Part shown: in pieces, positions 1 through 9,129 of the stretch
Layout of the letters: every line of letters starts with the position of its first letter
Position numbering within the stretch: position 1 is the stretch's first letter
Assembly (NCBI GenBank): GCA_963787835.1
Contig: CAWBEI010000002.1
Coordinates: forward strand, 64,001 to 128,000
Source of the DNA: Ignavibacteriota bacterium
GTDB lineage: Bacteria > Bacteroidota > Ignavibacteria > Palsa-1295
Length of the DNA: 64,000 nt
Direction of reading: 5' to 3'
The notes under the pieces: generated by a model
Database searches by the model: none
Told to the model about the DNA's origin: nothing
Seen by the model: only the letters and a program-made list of their open reading frames with translations
Translations under genes and position numbers: made by a program

Positions 1-31
1 ATTCCATTATCTCATTTAAAATAGAATTTTT

Positions 32-115
32 TGTAGCGCCGGCGTCCTCGCCGGTCCCCCATCCCCAATCCCGTGCTAACGGGGATGGGGGACCGGCGAG
101 GACGCCGGCGCTACA
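32..115. repeat. GTAG-type REP doublet (REPIN-like), perfect 35-bp inverted repeat
   Basis: TGTAGCGCCGGCGTCCTCGCCGGTCCCCCATCCCC (32-66) and its exact reverse complement at 81-115. Confidence 0.9.
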
Positions 116-148
116 TGAAGGATTGAAAAAATATTTTGGATTGTGGCG

Positions 149-156
149 TATTTTTG
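149..156 (+). promoter_or_regulatory. Bacteroidota-type -7 promoter box (TAnnTTTG) upstream of maf
   Basis: CG-TATTTTTG just upstream of ATG 164; the identical CGTATTTTTG recurs upstream of the genes at 3206 and 54944. Confidence 0.55.
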
Positions 157-163
157 CAGTGAA

Positions 164-796
164 ATGCTGCGCACACTTTTTCTTGCATCGGAATCGCCAC
201 GGCGGGCTTCGCTTGTGAAATTACTTGGGGTGAAGCGGATTAGCATCCGCCCCGCGAACCTGCACGAGGTGATGGATGCGGTGCTAACTCCCCAAGAAAA
301 CGTCGAGCGGCTGGCGCAGCATAAGGCTCGGAAAGTCGCTGCAGAATTGGATAATGTGCCCTCCCCTAACCCCTCCCGCAAGCGGGAGGGGAATAATAAT
401 GGCGTGGTCCTCGGCGCAGATACCACGGTTTGGATCGGCGGTAACATGCTTGAAAAGCCCGTCGATGCTAAGGATGCTGAGAGAATGTTACTTGAACTAA
501 GTGGGGCGACGCATACGGTCTATACCGGCGTTGCGCTTTTTGATACTGAGACAAAACGGGAGCATTCGTTCGTCGAAGCAACGGACGTAACCTTCCGCAA
601 TCTTTCTATTGAAGAAATCCGGGAATATATTGCAACAGGTTCGCCAATGGATAAAGCCGGCGCCTACGGTATTCAGGAAGATTTCGGCGCAGTGTTCGTC
701 AAGCGCATCGATGGCGATTACTATAATGTGGTGGGGTTGCCGATTTGCAGTTTGTATTTAGCGCTAAAAGATTTCGCACCAGCACTATGGCGATAG
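164..796 (+). CDS. maf: Maf/YhdE nucleoside triphosphate pyrophosphatase
   Basis: LASESPRR, VLGADT, LEKP and MDKAGAYGIQ motifs; ATG 164 preferred over GTG 143. Confidence 0.93.
   Translation: MLRTLFLASESPRRASLVKLLGVKRISIRPANLHEVMDAVLTPQENVERLAQHKARKVAAELDNVPSPNPSRKREGNNNGVVLGADTTVWIGGNMLEKPVDAKDAERMLLELSGATHTVYTGVALFDTETKREHSFVEATDVTFRNLSIEEIREYIATGSPMDKAGAYGIQEDFGAVFVKRIDGDYYNVVGLPICSLYLALKDFAPALWR
359..393. repeat. Palindromic repeat inserted in-frame in maf (encodes PSPNPSRKREG)
   Basis: CCCTCCCCTAACCCCTCCCGCAAGCGGGAGGGG with a perfect 10-bp stem, 370-379/382-391. Confidence 0.8.
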
Positions 797-1734
797 TTGA
801 TAGTGGAAAGTGGATAGTGGATAATAAAGGGAGCAATCAATCGCGACCCCGAAGTGCCTTATCCACTATCCACTTTTCACTATCCACTGAAACCTGGCTG
901 TTGCTTTCGCCATGGCTCGTCACGCTCATCCTTTTTTGGGCTTACCCGCTCGTCTATGCACTCTATCTCTCCTTCACAAAATATTACACGCTGACGAACC
1001 GTACAGTGTGGATCGGTTTTGGTAACTATATAAAACTGGCGCACGATCCCGTTTTTTGGCAAGCGTTGTTGAATACCGGAATTTTCGTGATCGGCACGAT
1101 CCCCTTTACGATGATCTTCGCGCTTTTTTTTGCGGCGCTCCTTGTGCGCGTCGAGCGATTTCAGCATTTTTATCGCTCTGCGCTTTTTTTGCCGAGTGTG
1201 ACTTCATTGGTGGTTATAGCACTCATCTTTACGAATCTTTATGCATCAGGCGGCTATATTAATTCACTGTTAAAAATGGCTGGGTTTGGAGCGCCAGCGC
1301 GAGGCTGGCTGTTGCAGCCGGGACTTGCACTGCCGGCCATCATGGCGATGGATATCTGGATCTCCATCGGATATTATGCCGTGCTGTTCCTTGCCGCGAT
1401 GCAAGGGGTTTCGAAAGATTTTTACGAAGTAGCAGAACTCGAAGGAACCTCGAAATGGAAACAGTTCTTTACGGTCACGCTGCCGGTCATAAAACCCACG
1501 CTGTTATTTGCACTGGTATTGAATACGATAAAAAGTTTTCAGGTGTTCACCGAGATCTATGTGATGACGCGCGGCGGCCCGCTTGGGCGAACGACAACGC
1601 TTGTGTATCAGGTGTATTCCAACGCCTTTGAATCGGCAGATACGATGGGCTACGCCTGTGCAATAGCCTATGTGCTGTTTTTTATTATTGCAGTGTTCTC
1701 ACTATTTGAAGGTAGAATTCTTCGGCAAACCTAA
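787..1734 (+). CDS. Carbohydrate ABC transporter permease
   Basis: WIGFGNY, EAA-like YEVAELEG and FTEIYVMTRGGP motifs; about 6 TM segments; ATG 787 overlaps the maf stop. Confidence 0.9.
   Translation: MAIVDSGKWIVDNKGSNQSRPRSALSTIHFSLSTETWLLLSPWLVTLILFWAYPLVYALYLSFTKYYTLTNRTVWIGFGNYIKLAHDPVFWQALLNTGIFVIGTIPFTMIFALFFAALLVRVERFQHFYRSALFLPSVTSLVVIALIFTNLYASGGYINSLLKMAGFGAPARGWLLQPGLALPAIMAMDIWISIGYYAVLFLAAMQGVSKDFYEVAELEGTSKWKQFFTVTLPVIKPTLLFALVLNTIKSFQVFTEIYVMTRGGPLGRTTTLVYQVYSNAFESADTMGYACAIAYVLFFIIAVFSLFEGRILRQT
792..888. repeat. Inverted pair of heptamer tandem arrays (GATAGTG)n...(CACTATC)n within the permease 5' end
   Basis: 795-824 matches the reverse complement of 859-888 at 28/30 positions. 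Confidence 0.85.
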
Positions 1735-1774
1735 CACTTTTCGCCAGCTAAATCCATCACTACACACCGCACTC

Positions 1775-3127
1775 ATGGCTGTTACACCTGTTGCAACCCA
1801 CTCGCCTCGCGTCATTGCCCCTCAAGCAGCCCCTCCTTCACCGGGCAAGGATCTGATCGAGATACGCGACGTTGGCATGACGTTCACCACGCCGAGCGGC
1901 AAACCGCTTCCGGTGCTCGAGCATATTAACGTCAGCGTGGCGGAGAACGAATTTCTCTGCATCTTAGGCGCGTCCGGTTCCGGCAAATCGACGATCCTTC
2001 GTATTATGACCGGATTGCTCAAGCCAACGATCGGAACCGTGACCGTCGAAGGCAGACCGCTCCGTGGAAATAATCCGCTCACGGCGATCGTATTCCAATC
2101 CTTCGCACTGCTGCCGTGGCTCACGGTCGAGGAGAATATCGGGCTTGGGCTGGATGCGCTGCATGCTCCGCACGAAACGATCATGGCGAAGTCAAAGCGC
2201 GCGATCGATCAGGTTGGTCTGGAGGGATTTGAAGAGGCGTATCCAAAGGAACTATCCGGTGGCATGAAACAACGCGTTGGGATCGCGCGCGCGCTCGTGG
2301 TCGATCCGAAGATCCTCTGTATGGATGAACCGTTCAGCGCGCTCGACGCCCTGACTGCCGAGAACTTACGTTCGGAGGTTCTGGATCTCTATCATGCGAA
2401 CGCCGGAACACTAAGTTCGGTGGTGATGGTCACGCATTCTATCGATGAAGCGGTGGAACTCGCGTCGAGAATTATTGTGCTCGATGCGCATCCGGGCCGC
2501 ATCAAGGCAGAGTTTGCGAATCCGCTCCCCTACCCTCGCGATATTCGGTCGCAGGAATATATCGATCTTTCGAGCCGCATCCACTCGCTTATTACGAATG
2601 CTGTGCTGCCGTTCACGGAAGCACAAACGGCGGTTTCGAAAACAGAGATCCTTCCCGCGGCTAATATCGAAGAAATTTTTGGATTGCTCGGAATTCTTGC
2701 GGCAGAAGGTGGCAGGCTGGGAGCCGGGGATCTCGCCGAAGCTGCAAGCAGACGCTTCGACGAAACACTGCAGATCATCAAAGCTGCCGAACTGCTTTCA
2801 CTTGTGGAATCACCGGGACAGGATGTGGTTATCACCCCGCTCGGCAAGGAGATCGTTGAGGCGGATGTTAACGAACAGAAGATCCTGCTGAACAAGCAGC
2901 TTCGCGGGCTTCGCACGTTCCAGCTTCTGCTCGATACGCTTCAGCAAAATGAAGGCGAGGTGCCTTACGAGGTCCTTATCGAAGATTACGCAACGCGGAT
3001 GCCTTACGAAGAGCCCGCGCAGTTGCTGGACACCGTTATCGACTGGGGCCGCTTTGCTGAACTCATTGGGTATCGATCCAAGGATGATGTGGTGTATCTC
3101 GATACCGGCGAGCTTACGAAGGAATAA
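1775..3127 (+). CDS. NitT/TauT-family ABC ATP-binding protein with C-terminal AAA-associated domain
   Basis: GASGSGKS, LSGGMKQR, CMDEPFSALD; C-terminal WGRFAELIGY. Confidence 0.9.
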   Translation: MAVTPVATHSPRVIAPQAAPPSPGKDLIEIRDVGMTFTTPSGKPLPVLEHINVSVAENEFLCILGASGSGKSTILRIMTGLLKPTIGTVTVEGRPLRGNNPLTAIVFQSFALLPWLTVEENIGLGLDALHAPHETIMAKSKRAIDQVGLEGFEEAYPKELSGGMKQRVGIARALVVDPKILCMDEPFSALDALTAENLRSEVLDLYHANAGTLSSVVMVTHSIDEAVELASRIIVLDAHPGRIKAEFANPLPYPRDIRSQEYIDLSSRIHSLITNAVLPFTEAQTAVSKTEILPAANIEEIFGLLGILAAEGGRLGAGDLAEAASRRFDETLQIIKAAELLSLVESPGQDVVITPLGKEIVEADVNEQKILLNKQLRGLRTFQLLLDTLQQNEGEVPYEVLIEDYATRMPYEEPAQLLDTVIDWGRFAELIGYRSKDDVVYLDTGELTKE

Positions 3128-3165
3128 GTAAACCTGTGATTTGCGGTTAGGCTCTAATTCTTTCG

Positions 3166-3173
3166 TATTTTTG
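3166..3173 (+). promoter_or_regulatory. TAnnTTTG -7 promoter box
   Basis: CGTATTTTTG about 33 nt upstream of ATG 3206. Confidence 0.55.
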
Positions 3174-3205
3174 AAGAGATATTAAAGCATTCTTAAGCAT
3201 TTGTT

Positions 3206-5077
3206 ATGAAACGATTATTCCTTAGTGCCGTCACGTTCGTATTATTTTCCGTCTCACTTGGTACGCTGCAAGCCCAGACGACCATCCTTCGCCCAGCCGT
3301 GGCATTCGTGAAGGCCGATCGCAGCATTCTTTATATTAAGCAGCCGGACTCTGCGGTGCAAGCCTTCGATCTGGCGGCTATCATTGATAGCGCGACGTTC
3401 AACCTGGCCGGGCTTGATTCTATCCGGCATATCGGGATCATCGGAATGTCAAGCGCCGGTGACCGGCTTATAATCGGAGCGGATGTCTATTATCTGGACC
3501 CTACCAGCGATGTGCATGTCTCGTTTGAGGGGTTGGTTTCCATTCCCTGGCCGGTTAGCACATTTTCCCTGACGAACACGCTCCATCGTTTGCTTCCTTC
3601 TCGCGGAAATGGAAGTTTTCGGCCGGTCGGGGTATTATCTGCCGATGGGAAGCAATGGTGGGCTACCATGTCAAGCGCTTCCGACGGCGACGATTCTCTC
3701 ACATTCTATCATGGGAATACCGATGGCACCGGCACGATCGATTCCACGACGTATCAATATGAAATGGTATCCGGGTTCCACATGTCCAATATAGCGCTCG
3801 ATACGAAAAATAACACGATGCTCGCCATGTCCTTCGATGGTTTGCAATCCCCCGATCAAGCCACGGATGCCCACGTCCGTTTCTATCAATGGACCCTCGG
3901 TAATGAGGTTGAAGGAACAGAATTTACGGGAGTCTATCGCAACATCAACACCCACTATTTGCTCCGTACCGATAGCCTGTTCGGCCTGACCATGATCCCT
4001 AATAATGATGGTACAACTGCTTTGATGGGATTGACGCCAGGTTATGACAACACTATTAGTCTCTATAGTTTTCCTTATCTTTCGAGCAATTTCGATATTT
4101 CAAGCCCCACCACACAGATCCCCAGGTCAATAATTCCGCAAAGCCAGAACTTTTTCGCGGGCAAGAATTGCGGCGCTTATACCGAGGACATTGCGGGTGA
4201 GGATAATTCCCAGTCCGGCAATGCCGGGGATGTCTCTGTAAATTCGATCGGTGGAGATACCATTCTGTTCATTACGCACGAATCTTCCTCCAGCTGCCTT
4301 GACCGCGATGCTAATTCGGCGATATGGTCATACAATCTTAATACCGGACAAGCTCAATTCATTTACAATGATTCTTCCGCTCAGGAATTACAGCCGGTGT
4401 GGGTGGTGACGCCATACACGGTGCCACATTATCCTGGGATCGCATGGCAGAATGTAGCGACAACCAATTTCGGGACGGTGGATACGGGAAAAACCTCATC
4501 TCTTACATTCACGGTCGTCGATAGCTCTCAAGAAACGCCCGTCGTGGTCGATTCCGCTAATATTACTGGCACTGCTACTTCGGAGTTCACGATCACCGAC
4601 GGAAAATCAATGGCAACATTACAGCCAGGCAAGACAGAATCGGTGACCGTATCTTTCGCACCAATCGCTCCGGCGGGATTGAAGAATGTTACGTTAACCG
4701 TCTATTTCGAGGGACAGAACAGCGGGGGACCGATACAAAGTACGATCACGGAACAATTGAGTGGCACGGCAAACATTCCCCTGAATGGCGTAAGAGAAGA
4801 TGCAGTTCTTTCCTCTTCCATGTCCATCGACCCGAATCCGTTCTCATCTGCAGCCTCAATCCAGTTGACTGCACCCGATGCTGGCGCGCTTGGGATCGTT
4901 GTACATGATGCGCTCGGGCGAACGGTTTATACTTCGGAGCTTCGTGAGACCGGCGCTGGACAAACCCAATCGTTCACATTCGATGCAAAGGCGCTCGGAC
5001 TTCCGAACGGTGTCTATTATGTGACGGCCTTCCTCGGCGAGCGGCAAGCTTCGCGCGCAGTAGTGTTTACAAGATAA
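3206..5077 (+). CDS. Secreted protein with ASH/choice-of-anchor-D Ig domain and T9SS type A C-terminal sorting domain
   Basis: Signal peptide; NFGTVDTGKTSSLTFTV Ig motif; PNPFS...DALGR...LPNGVYYV CTD pattern. Confidence 0.8.
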   Translation: MKRLFLSAVTFVLFSVSLGTLQAQTTILRPAVAFVKADRSILYIKQPDSAVQAFDLAAIIDSATFNLAGLDSIRHIGIIGMSSAGDRLIIGADVYYLDPTSDVHVSFEGLVSIPWPVSTFSLTNTLHRLLPSRGNGSFRPVGVLSADGKQWWATMSSASDGDDSLTFYHGNTDGTGTIDSTTYQYEMVSGFHMSNIALDTKNNTMLAMSFDGLQSPDQATDAHVRFYQWTLGNEVEGTEFTGVYRNINTHYLLRTDSLFGLTMIPNNDGTTALMGLTPGYDNTISLYSFPYLSSNFDISSPTTQIPRSIIPQSQNFFAGKNCGAYTEDIAGEDNSQSGNAGDVSVNSIGGDTILFITHESSSSCLDRDANSAIWSYNLNTGQAQFIYNDSSAQELQPVWVVTPYTVPHYPGIAWQNVATTNFGTVDTGKTSSLTFTVVDSSQETPVVVDSANITGTATSEFTITDGKSMATLQPGKTESVTVSFAPIAPAGLKNVTLTVYFEGQNSGGPIQSTITEQLSGTANIPLNGVREDAVLSSSMSIDPNPFSSAASIQLTAPDAGALGIVVHDALGRTVYTSELRETGAGQTQSFTFDAKALGLPNGVYYVTAFLGERQASRAVVFTR

Positions 5078-5081
5078 ATAT

Positions 5082-5372
5082 TCAACCCACTCTCCAGAGA
5101 ATATCGCGAACCAGTCCGGCGCCCACTTCGGACGCGATCTTTTCGAGGATCGAAGCTTTTTGCATCGTGAGTTCATAACGCCAGACTGCGTTCTTCACGC
5201 GAATGGTCAGAATTCCCTTTTCGAGCTTTTCGGGAACGGTTACGCTCGCTATTTTCTCTCCGACCATTCGCGGCCAATCGGTAAGCACGGAGTAACCGCG
5301 CGCCTTTTTATCGAGGCCGAATTCCTTCAGGACTTCGGAGATAACGTTTTGGAGTGAAAGCGGTTGTGGCAT
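5082..5372 (-). CDS. DUF721/DciA family protein
   Basis: W..MVGEKIASVT.P...GILTIRVKNAVWRYEL; canonical position after recF; alternative TTG start at 5399. Confidence 0.85.
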   Translation of the reverse strand: MPQPLSLQNVISEVLKEFGLDKKARGYSVLTDWPRMVGEKIASVTVPEKLEKGILTIRVKNAVWRYELTMQKASILEKIASEVGAGLVRDILWRVG

Positions 5373-5395
5373 AGCGTCGAACGTATCGGCAAACG

Positions 5396-6538
5396 TCAAT
5401 GAACGGTGCCCGGTTCTATGGAAAGAATGCGATGATGCTCCGAGTGCTGTCCAAGCAACGTTTCAAATCGTTCGCGTTCCGTCGATGTGATGAACGTCTG
5501 CCCGAGATTTCCTGTCAGCGCAAGTTCCAGCAACATTCGGGCGCGGTCATGATCGAGTTCGCTGAAGACATCATCGAGCAGCAGCATCGGCGTTTCACCG
5601 GCGGCATCTTTTAGATATTCGAACTCCGCAAGTTTCATCGCGACGAGCAGCGTTTTATGCTGGCCTTGCGACGCATACAGCCGGGCCTCCTGATCGGGAT
5701 TGATAAAGAACATCAGTTCATCGCGATGCGGACCGAAGAGCGTAGTTCCTCGCCGGATCTCTTCGATCTCGCAACGTTTCGCCTGATCCACAAGGAAGGT
5801 TTCCAGGTTCCCACTCGGTTCATTCGATCCCATTGGCAGATAAAGCAGGGAAGGTTCCTCGCGGCTTTGGGAAAGCACACGGTACCACTGCAATAATTTC
5901 GGGCGAAATTCCTCGGTAAATCGTGTGCGCCGCTGCATGATACGAACGCCGTGCTTTGTGACAAGATCGGTCCACGGAGCAAGCAGCGGCTGGATCGCCG
6001 TAAGCGACTGTCGCCTCTGGCGCGCATCGGAAAGAATAGCGTTCCGCTGCTTTAATGCACGGCGATATTCCAGTTCATCTTCGAGATAAGCGCGGCTCGC
6101 TTGCGAAAGCACCATGTTCAGGAAGCGCCGCCGCTCTGCGGGTGGCCCGCCGGTGATGATCTTCTCATCCGGAGTCAGTACCACAACCGGCGCGCGGCCT
6201 ACAAGATCGGCGGAAGTGCGAATGCGTTCGCTGTTGGCGAGAATCGTTTTCTTTAGTCGTGCGCTCGCATCGATCTGCACCGACACATGATAGGCTACAT
6301 GATGGTCGCTAATGAAATGAGCATCGACGGCAAGCGCGGACTCCCCTTGCCGAATAAGAACGGCGTCGGACGCGGAAGTAAAACTTTTGGTGAGGGTTGC
6401 AAGCGAGATCGCTTCAAGAATGGAAGTCTTGCCTACGCCGTTCGGCCCGACCAACACATTGATCTTCGGCGCCAGATCGCGAACAAACGTATCGGCATGG
6501 CTGCGAACATTCTGAAGGCGAATTGAATCGGTGCGCAA
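5396..6538 (-). CDS. recF: DNA replication/repair protein RecF
   Basis: GPNGVGKT, GPPAERRRFLN, GPHRDEL, SQGQHKT, LLLDDVFSELD. Confidence 0.96.
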   Translation of the reverse strand: MRTDSIRLQNVRSHADTFVRDLAPKINVLVGPNGVGKTSILEAISLATLTKSFTSASDAVLIRQGESALAVDAHFISDHHVAYHVSVQIDASARLKKTILANSERIRTSADLVGRAPVVVLTPDEKIITGGPPAERRRFLNMVLSQASRAYLEDELEYRRALKQRNAILSDARQRRQSLTAIQPLLAPWTDLVTKHGVRIMQRRTRFTEEFRPKLLQWYRVLSQSREEPSLLYLPMGSNEPSGNLETFLVDQAKRCEIEEIRRGTTLFGPHRDELMFFINPDQEARLYASQGQHKTLLVAMKLAEFEYLKDAAGETPMLLLDDVFSELDHDRARMLLELALTGNLGQTFITSTERERFETLLGQHSEHHRILSIEPGTVH

Positions 6539-6563
6539 AACTTGTTTCTGCTTACATCGTTCA

Positions 6564-6645
6564 TGTCATTCCCGCAAAAGCGGGAATCCAGGTGGTGTCA
6601 ATGAGGTAATTCGGGCGATGGATTCCCGCTTTCGCGGGAATGACA
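6564..6645. repeat. GTCATTCCCGC-type palindromic repeat doublet
   Basis: TGTCATTCCCGCAAAAGCGGGAATCCA ... TGGATTCCCGCTTTCGCGGGAATGACA. Confidence 0.9.
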
Positions 6646-6673
6646 AGGAATAGGTCAAATAAGCCAAAAATGA

Positions 6674-7789
6674 TTACCCATTCAGCCGAACCGGCATCAC
6701 GAGCATCAACAGGTCTTCCTCGTTCGTGCTTGCCGGCTCGACGATCGCCGCGCGCGTCGGCGTGGAGAATTTGATGGTGATGTCTTCGGTATCGAGATGA
6801 TTGAGTGCATCCTCGATAAAGCGACCATTGAACCCGATCGTCAGTTCATCATCGGAATAATCGCAGGGGATCTGCTCGCGGGCTTCGTTACCGGCATCGT
6901 AATTCTCGGCGAGTACGGACATCTGATCTTTCGCAAGCTGGAAGCGAAGCTGCCTCGTGTTAGCATTCGCGAAGATAGAAACGCGCTTTACCGAGCGGAG
7001 CATGGCATCCTTCGAGATCACAAGCTGCTTGTCATTCTCGCGGGGAATAACAGCCTCATAATTCGGGTAGCGTTCGTCGATGAGGCGAGAAAGGATCGTT
7101 GTTGTGCCGGATTTAAATTCAACATGCGTTGGGCTGAACCGAAGCGTGATCGAGTCGGTATCCTCGAAGGATTTCGTAACAAGCCCAAGCGCTTTGGAGG
7201 GCACAATAATATCAAGCTCGGTTTCTGTTTTGAGCGCCGTGTTCGTAAAACGAACCAGACGATGACCATCCGTAGCTACAGCACGAGTGCTATCCGGAGA
7301 AAACTGGAACAGAACGCCCATCATGCTGGGGCGGAGATCATCCGTCGAAACCGCGAACAATGTTTTCGAGATAAGACGCTTGAGCGTACCGGCCTCGACG
7401 GTAATCGAGCCTTCCGGCTTGAAATCCGCAGCGGCATTCGGAAGCTGCGCCGTTTCATCGACGGCGATCTGATAATTACCTTGCGCCGTTTGCAGCGTGG
7501 CGCGGCGCGTGGTCTTATCGAGCGTGAAGGTCATCTCGCCATCGGAAAGCGCGCGGACGATCTCATAAAAAAGCTTTGCCGGTATGTTGGCCGTGCCATC
7601 CTTGACGCCACTGACCTCCATTGCGGCGTTCACCGTGATCTCGAGATCGGTACCGGTGAAGGTAAGTGCATCGCCTTTTAGCTCGACGAGCACCGTTTCA
7701 AGTTGTGGCAGAGTGGATTTCGTGGGGATAACTGCGATCACTTTCGACAGTGTATCCTGCAGGGGCTTGATTTGCGCGATGAATTTCAT
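6674..7789 (-). CDS. dnaN: DNA polymerase III beta clamp
   Basis: GTDLE, VATDGHRL, SRLIDERYPNY, IGFNGRF, LVMPVRL. Confidence 0.97.
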   Translation of the reverse strand: MKFIAQIKPLQDTLSKVIAVIPTKSTLPQLETVLVELKGDALTFTGTDLEITVNAAMEVSGVKDGTANIPAKLFYEIVRALSDGEMTFTLDKTTRRATLQTAQGNYQIAVDETAQLPNAAADFKPEGSITVEAGTLKRLISKTLFAVSTDDLRPSMMGVLFQFSPDSTRAVATDGHRLVRFTNTALKTETELDIIVPSKALGLVTKSFEDTDSITLRFSPTHVEFKSGTTTILSRLIDERYPNYEAVIPRENDKQLVISKDAMLRSVKRVSIFANANTRQLRFQLAKDQMSVLAENYDAGNEAREQIPCDYSDDELTIGFNGRFIEDALNHLDTEDITIKFSTPTRAAIVEPASTNEEDLLMLVMPVRLNG

Positions 7790-7864
7790 AAATGGAATGG
7801 GAGCAATAATGTCCGATTACGCAGAACAACAGAAATTCACTGGTGGAATTCCCGATACCATTTA

Positions 7865-7894
7865 AAAACCCCACTCGGCCACGAGAGGGGTTTT
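7865..7894. terminator. Hairpin, probable intrinsic terminator for the minus-strand gene 7959-8942
   Basis: AAAACCCCACTCG-GCCA-CGAGAGGGGTTTT stem-loop flanked by A/T tracts. Confidence 0.55.
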
Positions 7895-7958
7895 AGCGGC
7901 GAAAGATTATGGGGATTTCCTTCACTCGCCTTTTGAATTTCGTATTTCGTAATTGAGA

Positions 7959-8942
7959 TTATTCCTTCGTAAGCTTTAGCGTTCGCACTTCATTGTTCGC
8001 CGTTGAGATACGAACGTAGTATGCACCCGGTGGTGCATTATCCATATTTAATGGGATAGTGCGGGAACCTTGCTCGAAGACCCCTTCATAACCAGCCCCG
8101 GCCAACTGCACACTGAGAATATTATAAATCCCAATCGTTACATACGCCTCACGCCCAATGGAAAGAGCGACGCTTGTGGAATTTTCAAATGGATTCTCAG
8201 TAATACTGGCGCTCATAATAATTTGCGGTGTGGGCGCGGCATAAGTTACGCCAGCTTCGCCATTAATTATGAGCACCGAATCCAAACCCAATTGCTGCAT
8301 AGTGGGAACTGTGGAATCAAACACGGCTTTCCCGCGTGCTGTATCTTTCCATATATTATACTGACCAATTAGCAATTGCCAATATTCAGTAGAGTCGCCC
8401 GAATAACCGGAAGCGCAGCGCGGATTATCCATAAGGTATTGAAGAACAGCTCTGGAATCACGATAATCACCAGTTTTAATATTGTTAGAATCTCTAAATG
8501 TACCGACCAAGTTTGCAACAAAAGAGCAGAACCAATCGTCGTCATTTCGTAGTGTCAGACAGTGAATGATAAAACTTCGATAATCGAGTAAACTATCCAT
8601 TGTGGTTAGCACAGTGGGATTGGCAGTACCAGACAATGCACCCGCCGTTTCTCCGGCTATAGCAATCGGGTAACAGTGCGGAATATACCAATAACGCATG
8701 GTGTCATATCCTTCCCGATATTGGAAGTCACTGATGAGGCCAGAAACAAATAAAGGAAAACCAACGCTGCAAGTATCTGTATCATCTTGTATCCCCATTG
8801 GCTTCTCGCCTTTCGGTTTCGAAGTAATATCACCTCCGCTGCCGCAAGTCCAAGTGGATGTTGAAAACAATTCCTGCGCGTTTACTCGATAACTGACGAA
8901 TAGAAGAATCAACAAAATGACGAACGAGGCTGTTTTCAGCAT
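7959..8942 (-). CDS. Hypothetical secreted Cys-containing protein with T9SS C-terminal sorting domain
   Basis: Signal peptide; ENPFEN...IYNIL...APPGAYYVRI...LKLTKE CTD; visibly more AT-rich than its neighbours. Confidence 0.75.
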   Translation of the reverse strand: MLKTASFVILLILLFVSYRVNAQELFSTSTWTCGSGGDITSKPKGEKPMGIQDDTDTCSVGFPLFVSGLISDFQYREGYDTMRYWYIPHCYPIAIAGETAGALSGTANPTVLTTMDSLLDYRSFIIHCLTLRNDDDWFCSFVANLVGTFRDSNNIKTGDYRDSRAVLQYLMDNPRCASGYSGDSTEYWQLLIGQYNIWKDTARGKAVFDSTVPTMQQLGLDSVLIINGEAGVTYAAPTPQIIMSASITENPFENSTSVALSIGREAYVTIGIYNILSVQLAGAGYEGVFEQGSRTIPLNMDNAPPGAYYVRISTANNEVRTLKLTKE

Positions 8943-9050
8943 TACTTTACCACTTTACGAATACTCTCGAATTCATAGACAATATCTGATTTAGAGAATT
9001 CACAACTCCCTAATATTCTTCGGGTAAAGGTGGTTCCAGCTCTTCCCTCC

Positions 9051-9124
9051 GGTGTACAACGGGTTTTAACCCGTTGCTCGTCCCCGCTCAGAATTATGCA
9101 CCGGGTTGAAACCCGGTGTACACC
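9051..9124. repeat. REP-like doublet (GTAC variant)
   Basis: GGTGTACAACGGGTTTTAACCCGTTG ... CACCGGGTTGAAACCCGGTGTACACC; each arm is itself a hairpin. Confidence 0.8.
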
Positions 9125-9129
9125 TATCG

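Noticed and set aside
795-888. Cluster of DnaA-box-like TTATCCACT/CTATCCACT sequences suggesting oriC
   Set aside because: Fully explained by the heptamer tandem repeat; lies in coding sequence; no perfect TTATCCACA and no AT-rich unwinding region
6797-7681. 294-aa plus-strand ORF (likewise 9915-10979, 20414-21199, 49972-50775 and 55442-56746)
   Set aside because: Antisense shadows of well-supported genes, with no recognisable motifs
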